Assembly (NCBI GenBank): GCA_965219385.1
Contig: CBDCNM010000001.1
Span: 110,631-174,630, forward strand
Direction: 5' to 3'
Length of the DNA: 64,000 bases
Origin: Candidatus Latescibacterota bacterium
Lineage (GTDB): Bacteria; Latescibacterota; UBA2968; UBA8231
The translations under genes and the position numbers were made by a program. The notes under the pieces are model-generated. The model made no database searches and was not told the origin of the DNA. It saw nothing but the letters and a program-made list of their open reading frames with translations. Shown piece after piece: positions 17,919 through 27,878 of the stretch (position 1 is its first letter; the number at the start of each line of letters is the position of its first letter).

Positions 17919-20048
17919 ATGGACTACTTCCTCAGTAGACGCTTTCTGGACACCCTGCCCGACTGGGAGACCGGGCCGCCGCCGTCCGGGCCGCCGGAGG
18001 ATTACTTGCCCCGCATGCGGGCTCTGTTGCAGCGTCTGGATCATCCGCAACAGCACTACACCACCATCGTCGTGGGAGGGACCAATGGCAAGGGTACGGT
18101 CTGCAGCCTGTTGGCCGCCCTGCTGCAAGCCACGGGTCGCCAGGTGGGCCTCTACACCTCGCCCCATCTCCACACCCTGCGCGAACGCATCCGCCTCAAC
18201 GGCCAGCTCCCCGGCAAGGACCACTGGGCCGAGGGGGTATCCCACCTCTACGACAGGAGCCGCGGCTTCGAGGCCGAAGGCCGCGGCGGTTTCAGCAAAT
18301 TCGAGGCCCTGACCGCCCTGGCGGCGCTTTTGTTCGCCGATGCACAGGTGGAGTACGGGATCTTCGAGGTGGGTCTGGGCGGGCGTTTCGACGCCACCAA
18401 TGCCTGGGGTGCGGACAGGGCGATCCTCACCTCGATCGGCCTGGATCACGTGGAAATCCTGGGGAATAGTCTGCTCGAAATCGCCGCGGACAAGCTGCAT
18501 ATCGCCAGGCCGGGACGGCCGCTCTTTACCACGGCGATGCAGGCGCCCGAGGTCCTGGACTATATCCGCCGGCAGTGTCGAAAGCAGGAGATCCCCCTCT
18601 ACCTTGCAACCGCCGAGCGGATCGAGGCGCCCGAGGGCACAGCCCTGACCTACCCCTGGGCCCCGCTCGAGTTGGAAGGCCGGCCCTGCACCTACCTGGA
18701 CAATGCCCGCCTGGCCCTGGCCGGGGCCGCGCATCTGCTGGGCGGCAGGATGGATGCAGACCTGGCTGCCCGGGTGGTCCGGGAGCACCGGTGGCCGGGC
18801 CGTTTCGAAACGGCGCATCGCCGCCCCCTGGTGGTGCTGGACGGAGCCCACAACCCGGCCGGAGCCACGGCCCTGAGAGCAGACCTGGCCGCCCTTTCTC
18901 CACAGTGGACATTCGTGGTGGGGGTCAACGCCGGCCACGATGCTGCCGGCATCCTGCAAGCCCTGCGGCCTCTAGCCACCCAGGTGGTGCTTACCTCGTC
19001 GGATCATCCCAGGGCCCTCGCCGTGGAAGACCTGCAAGCCGGCGCACCCCAGGGGCTGCCGGTCAGCAAGCAGACGGTCTGCACCCGGGCCTTTGAGGAG
19101 ATGATGGCTGCTCTGGGCCCCGAGGATCATCTCTGCATCCTGGGCTCGCTTCACCTGGTCGCCCGGGCGCGCGAATTCTTCAATCTGCCCTACGAGCGCG
19201 AAGGCATCAGCGAAGACGTGCCCCTGGAAAGTCTGGAGTGCATTGAAACGGCCTGCAGGAACCGGGGCATGGCGTACCAGCGCGTCTCGGAAAACGGCCA
19301 TGTCCTGTGCATCACCTGCAAGGGGCGGCCCCACTACTTTCTGCGCAACAAGCACCCCTTCAACGATTACGTAGCGGCGCGTCTGGCCGAGGACAAGGGC
19401 TATCAGTACGAGTTGTTCGCCCGGGCCGGGCTGCCGGCGCCCTCTACCATGCAGGTCTTCAATCCCCTGGCCGACGACCGCTTCGATCGCTACAAGACCC
19501 ATCTTTCGGTCGAGGAGATCGGCGCGGACGTGGAGCATCGTTTCACCTATCCTCTGGTGGTCAAGAAGTACCGCAGCTCGGGGTCGCAGGGGGTCTACCT
19601 GGAACACAATGGCCAGGCCCTGAAGAGGCGCCTGCAAAACCTTTTCGAGCACAGCCGTTACGGGGACAATATCCTGCTGATCCAGGCCTATGTCCAGGGG
19701 CCGGAGTTCAGGGTGGTGGCAAGTGGGGAAGAAGTGCTCCTGGCCTACGAAAAGCAGAGCGAAGAATGCCACAATCGGGAAGATTTGAATCCCCTGCACC
19801 AGGCCGGCGGCCGGGCCGTGAAGGTCGAGGCCCCGGATTTGCTCCATCCCATGCGAGAACTGGTCCGGGCGGTGGCCGCCGTGCTCGACCTGGGATTTTA
19901 CGCCCTTGACCTGATTCGCGGCGCGGACGGGTTTTACATTCTCGAGATCAATCCGAATCCATTCTGCTTCTTCTACAACAGGGACAACGGGCGCGCCGAC
20001 TTTGTGCGCATCTACGAGCGCCTTTTCGAAAAGTACATGGAGGGATAA
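17919..20048 (+). CDS. fusion protein: N-terminal FolC-type Mur ligase (folylpolyglutamate synthase/dihydrofolate synthase-like) + C-terminal RimK-like ATP-grasp domain
   Basis: aa 1-430: IVVGGTNGKGTV (P-loop), LYTSPHLHTLRERIRLNG (FolC-specific). aa 450-709: ATP-grasp pattern (LVVKKYRSSGSQGVYL..., ILLIQAYVQGPEFRVV, FYILEINPNP). Confidence 0.75.
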   Translation: MDYFLSRRFLDTLPDWETGPPPSGPPEDYLPRMRALLQRLDHPQQHYTTIVVGGTNGKGTVCSLLAALLQATGRQVGLYTSPHLHTLRERIRLNGQLPGKDHWAEGVSHLYDRSRGFEAEGRGGFSKFEALTALAALLFADAQVEYGIFEVGLGGRFDATNAWGADRAILTSIGLDHVEILGNSLLEIAADKLHIARPGRPLFTTAMQAPEVLDYIRRQCRKQEIPLYLATAERIEAPEGTALTYPWAPLELEGRPCTYLDNARLALAGAAHLLGGRMDADLAARVVREHRWPGRFETAHRRPLVVLDGAHNPAGATALRADLAALSPQWTFVVGVNAGHDAAGILQALRPLATQVVLTSSDHPRALAVEDLQAGAPQGLPVSKQTVCTRAFEEMMAALGPEDHLCILGSLHLVARAREFFNLPYEREGISEDVPLESLECIETACRNRGMAYQRVSENGHVLCITCKGRPHYFLRNKHPFNDYVAARLAEDKGYQYELFARAGLPAPSTMQVFNPLADDRFDRYKTHLSVEEIGADVEHRFTYPLVVKKYRSSGSQGVYLEHNGQALKRRLQNLFEHSRYGDNILLIQAYVQGPEFRVVASGEEVLLAYEKQSEECHNREDLNPLHQAGGRAVKVEAPDLLHPMRELVRAVAAVLDLGFYALDLIRGADGFYILEINPNPFCFFYNRDNGRADFVRIYERLFEKYMEG

Positions 20049-20049
20049 A

Positions 20050-21540
20050 ATGACCGCAAAACGCCGCCTGCTGTTTTACAACGATGCGCGCCACTTCTAC
20101 ATGTTTTGCTACGATCCGCCCATGCGGCTCGAAGACGCCCGGGCCCCGGTGGACGAGGTGGCCTGGACCGGGGTGGACACCTTGGTCTACGGTTTGGGGG
20201 TGGGGTCGACCGTGTTCCACCAGACCCGGGTGGGGGAAATCTGGGGCCAGCGCCTGGACCAGTTCACCCATATGCACGAGTGGCGCGCCAGCGAGAATAT
20301 CGCCAGCCTGATCGAGCGCGGCCTGGACCCGCTCGAAATCCTGATCGAGCGGGCGCACGCCAAGGAGCTGGAGTTTTTCGCCAGCCTGCGGCTCACCCAC
20401 GGCGGCAACCCCGAAAACGTGGACACTCCCGACACCCCGCAGTTCAAGATCGACCATCCGCAGTGGTGCTTGCGCGGCGACGAGGCGGATCCGCTGCGGC
20501 GCTTTCACTTCAACTGGGTGTTTCCACAGGTGCGCCAGGAGCGGTTTGCCCTGATCGAGGAGACCGCAAACCACTACCAGGTGGACGGGTTGGAGCTGGA
20601 CTGCACCTTCTCGCCCTACTTCTTCGAGGCGGACGAGGTCCGGGAAAACGCGCCGATTCTGACCGAGTTCGTGCGCCAGGCGCGCGGCGCGGTCGATCGG
20701 GCCGCGGCAAAGCGAGGCCAGAAGATCGCCCTGGGCGCCAGGGTGTTGCCGGCGCTCTCCAGCAACCTCGAAGCGGGCATGGACGTGGCCGCGTGGCTGC
20801 AACAGGAGCTGCTGGATTTTGTCGTGCCCAATATCTACCAGCACCGCCAGGTGGATGCGGACGCGCCCTTCGAGTGGCTGCTGGAGCTGGCCCGGCCCAC
20901 AGGGTGCCAGGTCTACCCCGCCCTGCAGGACAAGGTGTGCAGCGAAGGCGAAAAAGCGGCCGGTGCCGACCACTACCGGGCGGCGGCGGCCGCTTATTTT
21001 CAGAAAGGGGCCGACGCGATCTATCTGCCCGGATACTTCCCCTGGCCCATCGGTGCCGAGGAGCGCCAGGTACTGAGCGAAATCCGCGATGTGGATATCC
21101 TGGCCGAATCCGCCAAGCACTACGTGGTGCCGCGCCACCATCCCGAGGCCGCCCGCTACGGCTACGACACGCAGCTGCCCCTGCCGCTACAGGTGGGCCT
21201 GGAGGCGCCCGGCCAGACCGTGCGGCTCTACGCGGCGGACGATCCGGCCAGGGCCGGGGCCATTCTCAAGCTGTTGCTGCTGGAGCTCACCTCGCTGGAT
21301 GCGCTGACGGTGAGTCTGAATGGAGCGGTTCTGCCGGCGGAAACCCGTCGTCGTTTCTCGCATGGCTATACCTACTCGTGGCTGGAATTTACCCTGGACA
21401 GCCGGGTCTGGCACAGGGGATATAACGAGGTGGGGGTGGCGCTGCCTGCCCGGCCGCAGAAGCTAGCCTCTTGCCAGGTCGTGCTGGAGAGCGTGGAACT
21501 GGTGGTAAACTATCCCAGGCCGCTGGCCGCGGCGCTTTGA
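20050..21540 (+). CDS. hypothetical protein, possibly glycoside-hydrolase-like TIM barrel (unknown function)
   Basis: 496 aa from the ATG at 20050, 1 nt after the fusion-gene stop. Weak resemblance to GH-like TIM-barrel families only (DGLELD, LDFVVPNIY). Confidence 0.45.
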   Translation: MTAKRRLLFYNDARHFYMFCYDPPMRLEDARAPVDEVAWTGVDTLVYGLGVGSTVFHQTRVGEIWGQRLDQFTHMHEWRASENIASLIERGLDPLEILIERAHAKELEFFASLRLTHGGNPENVDTPDTPQFKIDHPQWCLRGDEADPLRRFHFNWVFPQVRQERFALIEETANHYQVDGLELDCTFSPYFFEADEVRENAPILTEFVRQARGAVDRAAAKRGQKIALGARVLPALSSNLEAGMDVAAWLQQELLDFVVPNIYQHRQVDADAPFEWLLELARPTGCQVYPALQDKVCSEGEKAAGADHYRAAAAAYFQKGADAIYLPGYFPWPIGAEERQVLSEIRDVDILAESAKHYVVPRHHPEAARYGYDTQLPLPLQVGLEAPGQTVRLYAADDPARAGAILKLLLLELTSLDALTVSLNGAVLPAETRRRFSHGYTYSWLEFTLDSRVWHRGYNEVGVALPARPQKLASCQVVLESVELVVNYPRPLAAAL

Positions 21541-21554
21541 ACAAGGAGTCGAAC

Positions 21555-22715
21555 ATGTCTTCATCCAACCGCGATATCCAGACCCAGGTGGTCCACGCCG
21601 GCGAGCTGGCGGAACCGATCGAAGGCGCGGTGGTGCTGCCGGTGTTTCAGAGCGCCACCTTCGAATCCAGGGAAAACGAGGCCTATGACGACATCCGCTA
21701 CATCCGCCTGAGCAGCACCCCCAACCACCGGGTCCTGCACGACAAGCTGGCGACGATCTGCAACGGCGAGGCCGCCGTGGTCACGGCTTCGGGCATGGCG
21801 GCGATTTGCACCACCCTGATGGCTCTGCTCAGGAGCGGGGATCACTTCCTGGCCCAGGACTGCCTCTACGGCGGGACGCACAGCTTTTTGACCGAGGACG
21901 TGCCGTCCCTGGGGATCGAGTTCGACTTCATCAAGGGGAATGAGCCGGCCGCGTGGGCCGGTCTGCTGCGGCCCCGGACCCGGCTCATCTACGTGGAGGC
22001 CATGACCAATCCCCTGCTGGAGGTGGCGGACCTGGAGGCGGTGGTGGCCTTCGCCCGCGAGCACAATCTGGTCTCGGTCATCGACAATACCTTTGCCTCG
22101 CCGATCAATTTCAGGCCGGTGGAAATGGGCTTTGATCTGGAGATCCACAGCGGCACCAAGTACCTCAACGGCCACTCGGATATCGTCGCCGGCTGCGTGG
22201 TGGGACGCCGCAAGTACCTCGGGAGGATCGCGCACAAACTGAACCACCTGGGCGGCAGCCTGGACCCGCACGCCTGCTTTTTGCTGCACCGGGGCCTCAA
22301 GACCCTGGCCCTGCGGGTGCGGCAGCAAAACCACAACGCCCAGTGTCTGGCCGAATTCCTGCGGCAACACCCGGCCGTGGCGCGGTTGAACTACCCCGGC
22401 CTGAAGGACCACCCGCAACACCAGCGGGCCCGGCAGTTGTTTGCCGGCTGTGGCGGGGTGCTCAGCTTTGAACTTTGGGGCGGCGTGGCAGCGGCGGACA
22501 GGCTGATCAAAGGCCTGGAACTGCCGCTTTCCGCTCCCAGCCTGGGGGGAGTGGAGTGCCTGATCACGCGGCCGGTCACCACCTCGCATGCCACCCTGAC
22601 CCCTCGGGAGCGCGAAGCGCTCGGGATCGCCGACGGGCTCATCCGGGTGGCGGTGGGGATCGAGGCGCCGGAGGATCTGTGCGCGGATTTCGCCCAGGGT
22701 CTGGGCAAATTGTAG
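21555..22715 (+). CDS. Cys/Met-metabolism PLP-dependent enzyme (cystathionine gamma-synthase/beta-lyase family)
   Basis: SD AAGGAG. PLP-lysine context HSGTKYLNGHSD. Typical length. Confidence 0.8.
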   Translation: MSSSNRDIQTQVVHAGELAEPIEGAVVLPVFQSATFESRENEAYDDIRYIRLSSTPNHRVLHDKLATICNGEAAVVTASGMAAICTTLMALLRSGDHFLAQDCLYGGTHSFLTEDVPSLGIEFDFIKGNEPAAWAGLLRPRTRLIYVEAMTNPLLEVADLEAVVAFAREHNLVSVIDNTFASPINFRPVEMGFDLEIHSGTKYLNGHSDIVAGCVVGRRKYLGRIAHKLNHLGGSLDPHACFLLHRGLKTLALRVRQQNHNAQCLAEFLRQHPAVARLNYPGLKDHPQHQRARQLFAGCGGVLSFELWGGVAAADRLIKGLELPLSAPSLGGVECLITRPVTTSHATLTPREREALGIADGLIRVAVGIEAPEDLCADFAQGLGKL

Positions 22716-22992
22716 AGAGGCGAACGGGGTCTGGACCGATCATAGCGCAATATCCGAATCGGGCTCATCATCCGGTCAGCCAACTCCACGATCACCAGCG
22801 CCACCTCCCTCACGTGATCGGCAGAGGTCCGTCTGTGAACGTCTAATCCAGGAGTGGTTTCAGTCTCCCTGCAATGCGATCAAAAGGGCCGCCAGCTCGG
22901 TGATTTCGTCCCGATCGGGGGTATTGGTGAGATTGATGGGCATAATGGGGTGGAATTCGGTATCGTCCCAATCGAATCCCACTATAGAGACG

Positions 22993-25900
22993 AGGTTCAT
23001 CCCCGCGTGTGCGGGGAACACAGCCTCCGCTTCAACTTCTTCCCATGGGCATACGGTTCATCCCCGCGTGTGCGGGGAACACCTCAACGAGGCCGGCGGC
23101 GAATTCACGCCAGACGGTTCATCCCCGCGTGTGCGGGGAACACCTCAACGAGGCCGGCGGCGAATTCACGCCAGACGGTTCATCCCCGCGTGTGCGGGGA
23201 ACACCTCAACGAGGCCGGCGGCGAATTCACGCCAGACGGTTCATCCCCGCGTGTGCGGGGAACACTGTGCCATCTCGGAATAAAATGAGCTAACTACTGG
23301 TTCATCCCCGCGTGTGCGGGGAACACCCGTCAACGTCTGCCCCGAGGCATTGGCTGTCCGGTTCATCCCCGCGTGTGCGGGGAACACCCTGATTGGATTG
23401 CCTTTGGACCGCCGGCTTTCGGTTCATCCCCGCGTGTGCGGGGAACACAAGACGCCGGCATGACCTGCTTGCCGGGATACCGGTTCATCCCCGCGTGTGC
23501 GGGGAACACAGGACGGCAAGTTGTTCTGAATTCCTGTCTACCGGTTCATCCCCGCGTGTGCGGGGAACACTTCATTGGCTACACATTTTTTGCAATACCC
23601 CTCGGTTCATCCCCGCGTGTGCGGGGAACACACAAAACCCGGGCAGGCGGCTGCCGCCCTCTCCGGTTCATCCCCGCGTGTGCGGGGAACACTGGCGGTC
23701 AGCTACGACGGCCTTGAGATACAACGGTTCATCCCCGCGTGTGCGGGGAACACGCTTCCTGATCGGATTGCCTTTGGACCGCTGACGGTTCATCCCCGCG
23801 TGTGCGGGGAACACGCTTCCTGATCGGATTGCCTTTGGACCGCTGACGGTTCATCCCCGCGTGTGCGGGGAACACGCAGCCGGGGCTGCCCTTTCCAGCC
23901 CCTGCGGTTCATCCCCGCGTGTGCGGGGAACACTGGGCCACCAACGCCTGCGGCTCCAGCCCCTGCGGTTCATCCCCGCGTGTGCGGGGAACACGTGATC
24001 CGCGAAATTGCCGCACGGACCCACGCCGGTTCATCCCCGCGTGTGCGGGGAACACGTGTCCGCATCATCGGCCGTGAGCCCCGTGACCGGTTCATCCCCG
24101 CGTGTGCGGGGAACACACCCCTCGATTTCCAGCCTTGAGCGCGTGCCCCGGTTCATCCCCGCGTGTGCGGGGAACACCTCGTTCCCCGTCGCCTTCTGTG
24201 AATGTTCAACGGTTCATCCCCGCGTGTGCGGGGAACACAGACCCGGGCCGCTTCGCGTTATTCTCGCGGACGGTTCATCCCCGCGTGTGCGGGGAACACG
24301 CCTCTTCTTCATTCCTCTGCTTTTCAGCCACCGGTTCATCCCCGCGTGTGCGGGGAACACCAGGCTGCTCGCTCATTACTCAGTTCCCTCCTCGGTTCAT
24401 CCCCGCGTGTGCGGGGAACACGGCTCGCGCTGCTCGGCGTCCGGAACCTGATCCGGTTCATCCCCGCGTGTGCGGGGAACACTCGATTTCGCTTGCCCTT
24501 TCCAGACCCATACCCGGTTCATCCCCGCGTGTGCGGGGAACACCTTCGGGCTTGACGTAGAGAAGGCTCCCTGGTCGGTTCATCCCCGCGTGTGCGGGGA
24601 ACACACGCACCGCACAGCAGGCGCGCACGAGAAAGCCGGTTCATCCCCGCGTGTGCGGGGAACACCCCTCATCGACCAGGCGGATGACAGTTGAGTGCGG
24701 TTCATCCCCGCGTGTGCGGGGAACACGTTCCTCCGGTGGGGGTGATTGGGATAGGTGCCGGTTCATCCCCGCGTGTGCGGGGAACACACCCAATGACCGC
24801 AACACCGAACAACGGGCAACGGTTCATCCCCGCGTGTGCGGGGAACACTGTACCGAGGTCGCCGGCGTCCCTTCCCTGGCCGGTTCATCCCCGCGTGTGC
24901 GGGGAACACTGTACCGGGCGGTAGGATGGTAGGCCATGCGTCGGTTCATCCCCGCGTGTGCGGGGAACACAACGCAGCGCCGTTGGGATGTCTTCGGGTC
25001 GGCGGTTCATCCCCGCGTGTGCGGGGAACACCGAAGAAAAACCAGGAGCGCGCCGACCGCGTCCGGTTCATCCCCGCGTGTGCGGGGAACACTTGACCCA
25101 AGCGGTTGAGCTTCTCCAGGGCGACGGTTCATCCCCGCGTGTGCGGGGAACACGCCTTGAGGCTGACCCTTTCCGGCCCCAATCCCGGTTCATCCCCGCG
25201 TGTGCGGGGAACACTAATGGAACCCACAATGGAACCCACAACCACTCGGTTCATCCCCGCGTGTGCGGGGAACACTAGGTGGAGAAAATCACCTCCCGGG
25301 TCTCCTGCGGTTCATCCCCGCGTGTGCGGGGAACACATCGCGCGTAGCCAAGGTAAGCCGGGGCACACCGGTTCATCCCCGCGTGTGCGGGGAACACCCG
25401 GCTGACTGTGCCCCTTTTCGGCCTATCCCCGGTTCATCCCCGCGTGTGCGGGGAACACCTGGTCAGCGGCGGCTTTCCGAATTGGATTGCCGGTTCATCC
25501 CCGCGTGTGCGGGGAACACCGCCTGGTCAATCCGTTCTTCATCTCCAAATCCGGTTCATCCCCGCGTGTGCGGGGAACACCCGCATTGAGCACAGTGCCG
25601 TGGTGGTCGTGGCGGTTCATCCCCGCGTGTGCGGGGAACACATTAGAGGGCCGTGCCGAGGAGTCCAACGCCCCGGTTCATCCCCGCGTGTGCGGGGAAC
25701 ACTTGCGTCTCGGGCATCATGGTGGGCGCCTCTACGGTTCATCCCCGCGTGTGCGGGGAACACGCCAACCTGGCACCCACCCTCTTTCCCCGTCGCGGTT
25801 CATCCCCGCGTGTGCGGGGAACACAGCCTAGCCATGCCATGCCCAGCCAGGTGATCCGGTTCATCCCCGCGTGTGCGGGGAACACGTTCTGTGTCACCAG

Positions 25901-27532
25901 CTCGAAGATCCCTTTATCGGTTCATCCCCGCGTGTGCGGGGAACACTCGCCGTGCATCTTCTCGTCCGTGAGCGCATCCGGTTCATCCCCGCGTGTGCGG
26001 GGAACACCTCTCGGATTATTTCTCTCACTGTGAACCCTCCGGTTCATCCCCGCGTGTGCGGGGAACACCCGATTGCCAGAAGGGGAACTCATCAGGAGGG
26101 CGGTTCATCCCCGCGTGTGCGGGGAACACTCCTCCGGGGGCGGATCGCCCTGTTCTGCGGCCGGTTCATCCCCGCGTGTGCGGGGAACACTCTGCCTGGG
26201 TGATTTCCAGTTGAAACTCGACCGGTTCATCCCCGCGTGTGCGGGGAACACATCGGCTGCCCCTGCCCCCCCCGGCTGAACGTCGGTTCATCCCCGCGTG
26301 TGCGGGGAACACCCACCCTGTCGGGGAAGATTCGGTTAAAAGCCCGGTTCATCCCCGCGTGTGCGGGGAACACTTCTTATTAGGCCGCTTTTTGCAAATC
26401 CTCCCCGGTTCATCCCCGCGTGTGCGGGGAACACAAAGGAGATCAAGTATGATGCAGATAGATAAACGGTTCATCCCCGCGTGTGCGGGGAACACCTCGA
26501 TCACATAATCATGGCGGAGCAGGGCAGCGGTTCATCCCCGCGTGTGCGGGGAACACAAGTTAAGCAGTTTTCTCATCGTGGTGCCTTCCGGTTCATCCCC
26601 GCGTGTGCGGGGAACACGTGAGACGCGCGAAGGTGGGCCCGGGCCAGGTCGGTTCATCCCCGCGTGTGCGGGGAACACCTGTCAAACTCGCGATTCCGGT
26701 CGGCCGCCGCCGGTTCATCCCCGCGTGTGCGGGGAACACCGGCATGGAGGGAGATTATGAGCATAGATCACCGGTTCATCCCCGCGTGTGCGGGGAACAC
26801 GGCTCGATCTCGATATAGCCCTGGCTCCCATCCGGTTCATCCCCGCGTGTGCGGGGAACACTTCGTAGCCCCCCTATCATAATTGATCTCCTTCGGTTCA
26901 TCCCCGCGTGTGCGGGGAACACCGGAATGGATGACGGCGCCTTGCTCTCGCCATCGGTTCATCCCCGCGTGTGCGGGGAACACTTTTATCTCGTTATAGG
27001 TCATGATACCCCATTCGGTTCATCCCCGCGTGTGCGGGGAACACATCTTGCTTTCCCGGCAATACCTCTTGTCCGCCGGTTCATCCCCGCGTGTGCGGGG
27101 AACACGTACATGGTTATGCCTCCTATTATGCCGCTGGCGGTTCATCCCCGCGTGTGCGGGGAACACGAAATGGGCAACCTATGGAAAGAGGCTGATGCCG
27201 GTTCATCCCCGCGTGTGCGGGGAACACCCCCGGTACCAGCTACCGCATTGGGGTCGTGGCGGTTCATCCCCGCGTGTGCGGGGAACACAAAGACGGGCAA
27301 AGCACGCCCGCACATATAGACGGTTCATCCCCGCGTGTGCGGGGAACACACAAGGGCCCGCTTCCGGGTCAAGTCCTCCTCCGGTTCATCCCCGCGTGTG
27401 CGGGGAACACACCATACCGGTAAACCTGCACCAGCGGATAATCGGTTCATCCCCGCGTGTGCGGGGAACACATCGGCCCATAAACAAAGACCTCCGACGC
27501 GTTCGGTTCATCCCCGCGTGTGCGGGGAACAC
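22993..27532 (-). CRISPR. type I-E CRISPR array, about 75 repeats (29 nt) and about 74 spacers (29-33 nt, mostly 32 nt)
   Basis: Plus-strand repeat CGGTTCATCCCCGCGTGTGCGGGGAACAC with 61-nt period. Minus-strand form GTGTTCCCCGCACACGCGGGGATGAACCG is a classic I-E repeat. Leader-proximal repeat at 27504-27532. The distal repeat at 22993 has a terminal base change. Confidence 0.97.
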
Positions 27533-27581
27533 CCTTAATGGAACTTATTGTTTTTAATATACTTTTAGAATGCACTTTCTG
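27533..27581 (-). promoter_or_regulatory. CRISPR leader (AT-rich, only 49 nt between cas2 stop and first repeat)
   Basis: CCCTTAATGGAACTTATTGTTTTTAATATACTTTTAGAATGCACTTTCT. AT-rich, unlike the flanking DNA. Confidence 0.6.
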
Positions 27582-27878
27582 CTACCGACAATTTCCCTCC
27601 TCGTTCGGCAGGAAAGATACGAGGCGTAGGCCGTCGAAATCCACTGGTATCCGACGGTTTGTGCCAAAGGTTTCAAACTCAAACCCCGCGTCATTGGGGG
27701 CGGCCCAAGCAATCACAGCATCGCCGTCGCCGATAAGCTCGCACACATTGTCGCGGATCATGGCGCGGGTCTTTGCCGAGTAGTTGCCGATATAGACACC
27801 GGCCCGAAGTTCCAGAAGCCAAACCGCGAGTCGGCCCCGCAGACGCGACGGCACGTTGTTGGTCACCACTACCATCAT
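27582..27878 (-). CDS. cas2: CRISPR-associated endoribonuclease Cas2 (I-E)
   Basis: MMVVVTNNVPSRLRGRLAVWLLELRAGVYIG...GLRLVSFLP, close to E. coli YgbF. Confidence 0.95.
   Translation of the reverse strand: MMVVVTNNVPSRLRGRLAVWLLELRAGVYIGNYSAKTRAMIRDNVCELIGDGDAVIAWAAPNDAGFEFETFGTNRRIPVDFDGLRLVSFLPNEEGNCR

Noticed and set aside
22716-22992. Small minus-strand ORF (about 40 aa, VGFDWDDTEFHPIMPINLTNTPDRDEITELAALLIALQGD) between the array's degenerate terminal repeat and the PLP-enzyme gene
   Set aside because: Too short, no start context or recognisable motif. Could be a gene remnant, but nothing supports a call.
22854-27557. Dozens of 60-180-aa ORFs with recurring peptides (HPRVCGEH, FIPACAGNT, SSPRVRGT) on the plus strand
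   Set aside because: They are translations of the 29-nt CRISPR repeat in three frames; the periodicity equals the repeat-spacer unit. Not genes.
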